Part shown: piece after piece, positions 10,172-17,521 of the stretch | How the letters are laid out: every line of letters starts with the position of its first letter | Position numbering within the stretch: the first letter of the stretch is position 1 | Source of the DNA: Leptolyngbya sp. Prado105 | Lineage (GTDB): Bacteria > Cyanobacteriota > Cyanobacteriia > Leptolyngbyales > Leptolyngbyaceae | Assembly: GCA_025454375.1 (NCBI GenBank) | Contig: JALOOO010000007.1 | Location: 908 to 64,907 of the forward strand | Direction of reading: 5' to 3' | DNA: 64,000 nucleotides | The notes under the pieces: generated by a model | The model's database searches: none | Seen by the model: only the letters and a program-made list of their open reading frames with translations | Told to the model about the DNA's origin: nothing | Made by a program: the position numbers and the translations under genes

Positions 10172-11539
10172 ATGTGTGCTGCAACTTATCGTGAACGAGC
10201 CGATGCAGGAATGGCAACATTACAGATGTTTTACAATCCTGCAACCGGATTATGGAACACTACAGGCTGGTGGAATTCTGCGAATGTGTTAGAAACCACG
10301 ATCGATTACTGCATCTTCACCGATTCGTTAACCTACCGCACAAACATATTCAACACATTTGAGAAAAACAAACGTAATAATTTCTTAAATGAGTTTTACG
10401 ATGATCAGGGATGGTGGGCACTGGCTTGGATAAAAGCGTTTGACCTGACTGGAGAATCCCGCTATCTCAATGCTGCTCGAATTATTTTCACCGATATGAC
10501 CAAAGGCTGGGATAACACCTGCGGTGGCGGAATCTGGTGGAATAAAGAGCATAAATATAAAAATGCAATCTCAAATGAATTATTTCTCTCGATCGCGGCT
10601 CGATTGTTTCTCCGCACTCGCGATCAGCGCTACCTCGATTGGGCACAGCGAACCTGGACTTGGTTTAGTAAAACCGGAATGATCAATGCAAGTAACTTGA
10701 TCAACGATGGTCTGAACAATCAATGTAAAAACAATGGACAACCGACTTGGACCTACAATCAAGGCGTAATTTTAGGTGGATTGATTGATCTCCATCAATG
10801 TACAAACAATCGAGCATTGCTCAAAACCGCAGAAGCGATCGCCGATGCCGCGCTCAAAAATCTTGCCCCTAAGGGGGTGCTAAAAGAACCTTGCGAACCC
10901 AACTGCGGCTTAGATGGTCCTCAATTCAAAGGCATCTTTATGCGCAATCTTTCTGACCTATACCGAACAATCAATAAGCTGAGCTATCGCGACTTTATCC
11001 TTCGCAACGCAGATTCGATCTGGAACGTTAGCCGCAATCCAAAGAACCAATTTGGCTTATGCTGGGCGCAGAAATTTGATCAAGCTGATGCGGCTCGGCA
11101 AAGTGCTGCAATGGATACTTTGAATGCCGCGATCGTTGCCAGTCGAACCCCGATCATTTTGCAAGCTGAGACTGGAACCTTGCACAATCTCGTGCTAGAA
11201 GCCGTCTATACAGGTTACGAAGCGGCAGGGTATGTCGCAAACTGGAATCGAGACGGACAATGGGTTGATTTTGAGTTCACATTGCCGACTACTGGACGAT
11301 TCGATTTGATCTTCCGCTATGCCGCTGCTGCTGGGAATGCAACGCGATTTATCTTTGTCAATGGGAGAGCGATCGTCAATGCTCAAATCTTCCCCGGAAC
11401 CGGAGACTGGACGGTTTGGAACACCGTAACAATTCCAAATGTTTCACTGAAAGCCGGAAACAATACGGTTTCTATCATTTTTAATCAATCAAAAGGAAGT
11501 CGAAACTGGCTCAATCTCGATCAGCTTATAATTCGTTGA
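10172..11539 (+). CDS. Glycoside hydrolase family 76 + C-terminal CBM35/CBM6-like module
   Basis: FYDDQGWW catalytic DD motif, CGGGIWW, YKNAISNEL, WTYNQG, FKGIFMRNL; C-terminal QAETG...GYVANWN...NTV...LNLDQL. Confidence 0.88.
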   Translation: MCAATYRERADAGMATLQMFYNPATGLWNTTGWWNSANVLETTIDYCIFTDSLTYRTNIFNTFEKNKRNNFLNEFYDDQGWWALAWIKAFDLTGESRYLNAARIIFTDMTKGWDNTCGGGIWWNKEHKYKNAISNELFLSIAARLFLRTRDQRYLDWAQRTWTWFSKTGMINASNLINDGLNNQCKNNGQPTWTYNQGVILGGLIDLHQCTNNRALLKTAEAIADAALKNLAPKGVLKEPCEPNCGLDGPQFKGIFMRNLSDLYRTINKLSYRDFILRNADSIWNVSRNPKNQFGLCWAQKFDQADAARQSAAMDTLNAAIVASRTPIILQAETGTLHNLVLEAVYTGYEAAGYVANWNRDGQWVDFEFTLPTTGRFDLIFRYAAAAGNATRFIFVNGRAIVNAQIFPGTGDWTVWNTVTIPNVSLKAGNNTVSIIFNQSKGSRNWLNLDQLIIR

Positions 11540-11560
11540 TTAATATTGTGCTAGCGGGCT

Positions 11561-12445
11561 ATGAACTCTCGATCCAGGCGCTCTCACCGAGTCCACATCA
11601 ACATCGAAAATGGGCGGTTTCAAATCCAAGGCATGAATGCTTGGTACTCCTACTGGCGTGATCCCTACCATTTGGTTTTAACGCTACCTTGGGCTGGATT
11701 TGTTGGATTTATCTTCACGGTCTACCTGGGCATTAACCTGGGATTTGCGCTCCTCTACATGGTAGGAGGAGACACTGTTGCAAATGCAACCCCCGGAGCG
11801 TTTTGGGATTACTTCTTTTTCAGTGTGCAAACCTTTGCTTCTATTGGCTACGGAGCCATGTATCCCAAAACCTTCTACTCGAATACGCTCGTCACGATCG
11901 AAGCGATGGGCGGACTCTTAGCGATCGCCATTCTCGCCGGACTTGCCTTTGCTCGATTTTCTCGCTCAACTGCACGAGTCGTCTTCAGTGATGTCGCAAT
12001 CATCGCCCCGCATGAAGGTCTGCCAACTTTGAGCTTTCGTGCAGCAAACGAACGCCGCAACCTGATCTTAGAAGCCCAGATGCGCGTCTACTTGCTGCGC
12101 GATGAAATCACTTCAGAAGGACAATACATACGCCGAATTCACGATCTCGCACTCTTACGCAGTCGAACTCCTGGATTTGCCCTCTCCTGGCTCGTCCTGC
12201 ATCCAATCGATCAGTCTAGCCCACTCTATGGCATGACTGCTGAAGAAATGACCGAGACAAACTGCGTAATTCAAGTCAACCTGAGCGGAGTCGATGAAAC
12301 CGTGATCCAAGTGCTACACGATCGACATAGCTATGTGCCCCAAGACATTTTGTGGAATCATCGATTCATCAACATCATTCACAAAACCCCGGACGGACAT
12401 CGCTATATTGATTACAGGCACTTTCACGACTCGGAACCCATTTGA
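11561..12445 (+). CDS. Inward-rectifier-type potassium channel (KirBac-like)
   Basis: DPYHLVLTLPW slide helix, FFFSVQTFASIGYG pore, FARFSR, and cytoplasmic Kir domain. Confidence 0.92.
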   Translation: MNSRSRRSHRVHINIENGRFQIQGMNAWYSYWRDPYHLVLTLPWAGFVGFIFTVYLGINLGFALLYMVGGDTVANATPGAFWDYFFFSVQTFASIGYGAMYPKTFYSNTLVTIEAMGGLLAIAILAGLAFARFSRSTARVVFSDVAIIAPHEGLPTLSFRAANERRNLILEAQMRVYLLRDEITSEGQYIRRIHDLALLRSRTPGFALSWLVLHPIDQSSPLYGMTAEEMTETNCVIQVNLSGVDETVIQVLHDRHSYVPQDILWNHRFINIIHKTPDGHRYIDYRHFHDSEPI

Positions 12446-12662
12446 TCTGATCGCACAACAACGCGACCATTTTCGACTTTGGTGCAGCGTTTGTGCTGCT
12501 TTGGAGCAGGATGCGGACAGAGCAGCTCTTCAGATGCTTGATGTTGAACAACCGACTGGTAATCTTTGAGAACCTGGACACAGCTAGTACAAGCGGTTAC
12601 TGAAGCGGGAGACATAGAGATTAGCTCACTCTGTTTCTATTATCGCGTAACCTGAAACATAA

Positions 12663-13553
12663 TTAAGTGCGGGAAGTACGATCGATAATCTCGCTCCGCA
12701 CCTGCTTAAAGGCAAAATCTCCCAACACTTTATGTGCGGTCGTCGTCGGATGAATGCCATCCCAAAACAAGAATCGATCGCAGTTCGTTGCCGTTTCCAA
12801 GCAAGCATTCGTCACATTCGTAAACCCATACCGATTGGGATCATTGATTGCCGTCCGATAGATTCCAAACACATCTAGCTCAGCAATGGCTAAACCTGGT
12901 TTTCTGAACTTCTCGATCGTGGTTTTCAGCGCTTGATTGTAGGCAATCGCAAACTCTGTCAAACTCTGAGCGTTCTGCTTGCCCCGAGTTGCAGGCAGAT
13001 TTCCTAGATCGGGTAAATTTGCGACCAGTAAGCGTTTTGCACCTTGGTCAAGCAGCAATTGCAGCGACTGAGTAAGATTCTGAATCGAAGCATTGGGCGT
13101 TTCTGTACTGAAGAGATAATCATTTGAACCTGCCCAAACTACAAACAGCGATTGCGGTTGAATCTGCGGCTGATTTTTTAGAAACGTTTCGACCTGCGCC
13201 AAAACGCCCGGAACTTGATTCATACCCACTTCGCCTGTCGTAGCTCCACCCCAAGCAAAATTCTTCACTTGATCGCCGCTCAGATTTAACTTTGCCGCTA
13301 GTTCTTCTACCCAAACTTTTCCATTCGAGTGTCTGCCCTGAAAGTAAGGCGGAGCAGGAACAGCCCCCCCTGTCGCCCGAAATACATTGCCGACATCAGA
13401 CAAGCTATCGCCAAAGACATAGAGCCGATCGATCGGCTGAACGAGTTGTTGAGGTTCAGGAAGCATTGCAGGGAGCGTAAACGCGATCGCGGACAAGCAA
13501 AACGCAGCGACAAAGAGTATAACTCTCCGCGAGCGCAAAAAGGACAATCTCAT
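12663..13553 (-). CDS. SGNH/GDSL hydrolase (lipase/esterase), exported
   Basis: FGDSLSD, GSND, C-terminal DGIHP; N-terminal signal-like segment. Confidence 0.92.
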   Translation of the reverse strand: MRLSFLRSRRVILFVAAFCLSAIAFTLPAMLPEPQQLVQPIDRLYVFGDSLSDVGNVFRATGGAVPAPPYFQGRHSNGKVWVEELAAKLNLSGDQVKNFAWGGATTGEVGMNQVPGVLAQVETFLKNQPQIQPQSLFVVWAGSNDYLFSTETPNASIQNLTQSLQLLLDQGAKRLLVANLPDLGNLPATRGKQNAQSLTEFAIAYNQALKTTIEKFRKPGLAIAELDVFGIYRTAINDPNRYGFTNVTNACLETATNCDRFLFWDGIHPTTTAHKVLGDFAFKQVRSEIIDRTSRT

Positions 13554-13738
13554 CTTCAGAAATTTGGAACACTAGAGACAAACTTAGCAAATTTGCTCAA
13601 AAATCTACTTGCACGATAGAGAGAAATCGCTCCAAATTAATCTCTCTTTGGACTAATGCAATACCCACTCGCATTTACATAAAGTGTACAAGAACAATAT
13701 GGGTCAGTAATCGGGGGTGTAGCGATGCAACACCCCTT

Positions 13739-13771
13739 TTATATTTTATAAAGCTTATATTTTATAAAGCT
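13739..13771. repeat. 16/17-bp tandem duplication TTATATTTT(T)ATAAAGC just after the NYN stop
   Basis: Copies at 13739-13754 and 13755-13771; preceded by hairpin GGGGTGT-AGCGATGCA-ACACCCC (13714-13736). Confidence 0.8.
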
Positions 13772-13774
13772 GAA

Positions 13775-14392
13775 TTAGGGAGCAATGCGAACGCGATCGC
13801 TCATATCACTGCGCTGAATCAAAGGCTGAATCTTTGCAAGATCCACATAGCGATCGGCAATATTGACTAAACTATCGCTCGTCATCGACTGCAAACTTAC
13901 GACCTCAACCTGCACCCCCCGATAAGAAACGGTATTCACCACATAGGTTAAATCCCCGTCTCCACTCAGTAAAACCATCGTGTTGCAGTATTGGGACAAT
14001 TCCAGCATATCGACTGCAATCTCGACATCTAGATTGGCATGTTTTGAGCCATCTGAATGCTGAATCAATTCCTTTGTGACCACTCGATACCCGTGGCGAC
14101 GCATCCATAAGAGAAATCCCTGCTGTTTCTCATTATTCGGATCGACCCCAGTGTAAAAGTAAGCGCGTAAAAGCCTCCGTCCCCCTGCAAGATACTCCAG
14201 CAATTTTGAGTAATCAATCTCTAACCCAAGCTGCATCGCAGCATAGAACAAATTCGACCCATCAATAAAAATTCCAACACGATCGCTCTTTAGCAAATTT
14301 TTTGGATCAGACGGCGCGAATCCGTCGTCTGAATCGTAAACATCTTCGGACTTGCCTGAAGATGTCCGACGGTTACGGGGAACAAATTGCAT
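13775..14392 (-). CDS. LabA/NYN domain protein (paralogue A, acidic motifs intact)
   Basis: IFIDGSNL, KHANLDVEIAVD, LSGDGDL, GVQVEVV, ADRYVDL. Confidence 0.92.
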   Translation of the reverse strand: MQFVPRNRRTSSGKSEDVYDSDDGFAPSDPKNLLKSDRVGIFIDGSNLFYAAMQLGLEIDYSKLLEYLAGGRRLLRAYFYTGVDPNNEKQQGFLLWMRRHGYRVVTKELIQHSDGSKHANLDVEIAVDMLELSQYCNTMVLLSGDGDLTYVVNTVSYRGVQVEVVSLQSMTSDSLVNIADRYVDLAKIQPLIQRSDMSDRVRIAP

Positions 14393-14627
14393 AGAAATTT
14401 ATGGCGAATTGTATAAAGCCAGCCTGAATTCCGGCTGCTTTCACAGTCAATCTGGCGCGCGAGCGTAAAGTATTCTGGCTTCGACTAGAGCCAATCTTAT
14501 AAATCGGGAGAAATACTCTATGCTGGGTGCTTACCGGAAGAATTCAAGACTATTTTTAGGTTTTACCGCGCTTTTCTCAATCACAGGGGATTGTGAACGG
14601 ATGGAACACGATTCGTTACTTTTATTC

Positions 14628-14743
14628 TTTTTAATTCAAAAATAAACTAACTTTAGACGGTCAGGTTTTTTGCAAATTTCTTTATTTTTTAATTCAAAAA
14701 TAAACTAACTTTAGACGGTCAGGTTTTTTGCAAATTTCTTTAT
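14628..14743. repeat. Perfect 58-bp direct tandem duplication in the AT-rich intergenic region
   Basis: TTTTTAATTCAAAAATAAACTAACTTTAGACGGTCAGGTTTTTTGCAAATTTCTTTAT at 14628-14685 and 14686-14743; TATAAT at 14741-14746. Confidence 0.95.
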
Positions 14744-14831
14744 AATGTTTTAAGATTCATATATTATTGATAAAAAAGGCTTCAATCCTATAACAGAGCC
14801 TCCAAACCTAGTTGCTCGGAGGTAAATTTAG

Positions 14832-14999
14832 ATGGAATATGGATGCTCTTTGGCAGAGGCGGCGAGACGGCTTCAGGTTGACCAAGCAACAGTTTTATTC
14901 GCGATGCAGAAAGGTGCGATTGCAACGCAGCAGAGAAATGGGCGCGTCATTGTGGCTCAAGCTGCGATCGCCGAATATCAGGCACGATCTCGTCGGTAG
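14832..14999 (+). CDS. 55-aa excisionase/HTH_17-like (MerR-superfamily winged HTH) protein
   Basis: Below the track cutoff. MEYGCSLAEAARRLQVDQATVLFAMQKGAIATQQRNGRVIVAQAAIAEYQARSRR; GGAGGT SD at 14818-14823, 8 nt before ATG. Pattern SL.EAARRL.V...TV......G.I......GR matches HTH_17. Confidence 0.8.
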   Translation: MEYGCSLAEAARRLQVDQATVLFAMQKGAIATQQRNGRVIVAQAAIAEYQARSRR

Positions 15000-15262
15000 C
15001 AGATTCAGACATTACAAGTCATCAGGCAAATTTCTTAAGCTTTCTAACAAACGGTAGCGAAATTTGCGAGGAAAAGTAATGCTCTGAATACCAATACCAT
15101 TGGGTTTTCAAATCCGTTCCATAATAAAACCCAATCTTTCTATCCCCCAAGTGCCCCCGGCATTTTTTTGGGAAAACCCTTTTTATATATGAACAATTCC
15201 CCTGCATGTGAAACGATATCGCGTTTTGCATGGGGAGAAATTTATCCGAGCTTTCGCGATTC

Positions 15263-15889
15263 ATGATCCAGTTAGTACGAGAACCGGATGGTATAGAGCC
15301 ATCACTTCCCCAAGTCCCAGAGGATTCATCCGAACAACTCCCGCTACTCTTTCCCGAAGAATTCGATGAAACAGATGCCCCTGTACATTTGCATCGAGGT
15401 CGATTGATGATTTTTATCGATGGTGCAAATTTATTTTATGCAGCGTCACAGATGGGAGTTGAAATTGATTATGCAAAATTATTGAACTACCTCCAGCAGC
15501 ACAGTACTTTAATTTATGCGTTTTTCTATACGGGCGTTGACCCTGGAAATCTCCGTCAACATGCGTTTTTAACCTGGATGCGGCGCAATGGTTATCGAGT
15601 CGTGACGAAAGATGTGGTGTTAAATGCGTCGGGGTCAAAGCGGGTGAGCAGCATGAATGTTGAGATTGCGGTGGATATGATGCGATTCGCTCAAGATTGT
15701 GACACTGAGATTTTGATTAGCGGCGATGGCGATCTCGCTTATGCGGTGAATGCCGTTTCCTATTTAGGAACGAAGGTAGAAGTAATTTCTTTACGATCGA
15801 TGACCCATGAACGCTTAGTGACGATTGCGGATAATTTTATTGATATTCTTAGTATTCGCGATGAGATTCAGAAATCTCCAAGATCTTAG
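15263..15889 (+). CDS. LabA/NYN domain protein (paralogue B, central Asp replaced by Asn)
   Basis: IFIDGANL, SSMNVEIAVD, ISGDGDL; acidic N-terminal extension. Start may be 15230. Confidence 0.9.
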   Translation: MIQLVREPDGIEPSLPQVPEDSSEQLPLLFPEEFDETDAPVHLHRGRLMIFIDGANLFYAASQMGVEIDYAKLLNYLQQHSTLIYAFFYTGVDPGNLRQHAFLTWMRRNGYRVVTKDVVLNASGSKRVSSMNVEIAVDMMRFAQDCDTEILISGDGDLAYAVNAVSYLGTKVEVISLRSMTHERLVTIADNFIDILSIRDEIQKSPRS

Positions 15890-17441
15890 CAAGCTGCGAT
15901 CGTAACAGTTGAAGTTGATAGTGTTTTGCAGTTTCAGAGGCAATGGGTTTAATTTCAAATTGCAAAATCGGTCTTGCGGCTTGTTCGTACTGTGAGATCG
16001 CGGCTAGATTCAGTTGGCTAAAATGCGTGAAATAGCTTTGAATCCGATCTTGACAGGTTTCTAATAATTCCTGTGGATTGGTTTTTCTAAGCGGCTGATC
16101 ATCGAATAGAAATGAAGCACTTTCTCGCATGATCGACGCGATCGTTCGACCCAATAGCAAGTCTAATGGGGATGAGTCGTCAGGCTGCTGTACTTGAATC
16201 AAGTCTTGCTTCATCGTTGGAAAGGTAATGAGAAGCTGATTTGGGCGAGGCTGGTCGAAGAATTCGCAGGCTTGATGCACCCATTTGATCAAGGCTTGCT
16301 GATAGTTGATCGCGCTTCGCTTAAAGTCGCCTGTCTCCCAGATCTTAAAAGAATTTGTTTGCAGTGCGAGACTGGCATCGATTTGGTATTGAGACAGCAA
16401 TCGATCGAGACTGAGCCAATCGCGAAATTCTTCCAAGCTCGATTCAAAGCCTTTCTGAACCAGCCCTTGCGCCTTTTGTTGAATTTGAAACCGTTGCTTG
16501 AGGGTTTCTGTTTCAGACAGAATTTCTGATTCGAGATCCCTAATTTTTGGTTGAAGTGCGTGTTGAATTTGGCGTGCGATCGACTGAATTCGGGCAGTCT
16601 GAGTCACTCGTGAGGCTTGAAAATGCGCTGCGATCGTTTGCAATGCAGATTCAAAAATGGGCAGCCCCGATTCTTTTGCTGCCGAACTATCTCCTTTCAA
16701 ACGAGCGCGAAGTGCGGGAAGCGCATCAACGCGGTAGAGATTGCTCACTCCTGACGGTAAGTGAGATCGAAAGCTTTCTGCAACGAATCTGAGGCGGTGA
16801 TAGACCCGAAGTTGATCTTCAGATTCGAGCAGATTGAGAAAATTAACGACAAAAACGACCGTTGTAATCCCGCGATCGAGTAACCAATCTCGCAGTTGTT
16901 CTCGCTCTCCAAGCGTCATCAATTTCCGTCCATCTAGAACTTGAATGATCACATCCGCGCCGAGCAATTGATTTTTGACGAGCGCGTCTTGCGCGTCTCG
17001 ATCGTCGGTTCCTGGTAAATCAACGAATTCAACGCCCGTTTTGAGCAAAGGGTGCGGGCAAAAGACTTCAACCGATTTCACATCTTCGCGCATTCGTCGA
17101 TCGTGGTCTAAAATCGCGAATTGTTTGAGCAAATCAGTTCCAGGTTTGCGGAGGATGAGATCGTCTTGAAATTGAATCGCGGTTTCCAGCGTATCGCCGT
17201 ATTGAACTCGAATCGCTGCGCCCGTCGTCGGGATAATGTCGATCGGTAAGGCGCGTTCGCCAAGCATTGCATTTAATAATGTAGATTTGCCGTAATTGAA
17301 TGGGGCAAAAATCGCAACGCGCAACTGGTCAGAATCGCGTTGAGAGATGGATTCGAGGTCTTGCCGAATGGGGTGATTGGGAGGTAATTCGAGGGTGCCG
17401 ATTGCAGATTTGATGATTTCGATTTGTGATTGTATTGACAT
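15849..17441 (-). CDS. Dynamin-like GTPase, second and shorter member of the pair
   Basis: AIFAPFNYGKSTLLNAM, PTTG, DLPGTDD, VVNFLN, DALPALRAR; helical C-terminus. Start placed at MSIQSQIE (track start 17504). Confidence 0.88.
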   Translation of the reverse strand: MSIQSQIEIIKSAIGTLELPPNHPIRQDLESISQRDSDQLRVAIFAPFNYGKSTLLNAMLGERALPIDIIPTTGAAIRVQYGDTLETAIQFQDDLILRKPGTDLLKQFAILDHDRRMREDVKSVEVFCPHPLLKTGVEFVDLPGTDDRDAQDALVKNQLLGADVIIQVLDGRKLMTLGEREQLRDWLLDRGITTVVFVVNFLNLLESEDQLRVYHRLRFVAESFRSHLPSGVSNLYRVDALPALRARLKGDSSAAKESGLPIFESALQTIAAHFQASRVTQTARIQSIARQIQHALQPKIRDLESEILSETETLKQRFQIQQKAQGLVQKGFESSLEEFRDWLSLDRLLSQYQIDASLALQTNSFKIWETGDFKRSAINYQQALIKWVHQACEFFDQPRPNQLLITFPTMKQDLIQVQQPDDSSPLDLLLGRTIASIMRESASFLFDDQPLRKTNPQELLETCQDRIQSYFTHFSQLNLAAISQYEQAARPILQFEIKPIASETAKHYQLQLLRSQLAKILEISESHREY

Positions 17442-17463
17442 ATTTTTTACCGAAAACCCTGGG

Positions 17464-17487
17464 AGAGACGCGATGAATTGCGTCTCT
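17464..17487. repeat. REP/SDR-like palindrome AGAGACGC-GATGAATT-GCGTCTCT between the two dynamin genes
   Basis: 8-bp perfect arms; closely related to the element at 60719-60758. Confidence 0.7.
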
Positions 17488-17521
17488 GCGATCAACCATT
17501 GCACCCCTCGATCAACCCCGA

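Noticed and set aside
12587-12600. GTA-N8-TAC NtcA-like box
   Set aside because: It lies between two convergent 3' ends, and six fixed bases occur by chance roughly once per 4 kb.
14628-14743. Possible mini-CRISPR or iteron array
   Set aside because: Only two abutting units, no spacers, and no cas or rep gene in the window. Kept as a tandem duplication.
14812-15264. Track ORFs 14812-15057 (+) and 15022-15264 (-)
   Set aside because: No recognisable features; the first is out of frame with the SD-supported HTH ORF at 14832-14999.
17442-17504. N-terminal extension of the second dynamin (track start 17504)
   Set aside because: The extension reads through a REP-like palindrome; ATG 17441 is more plausible.
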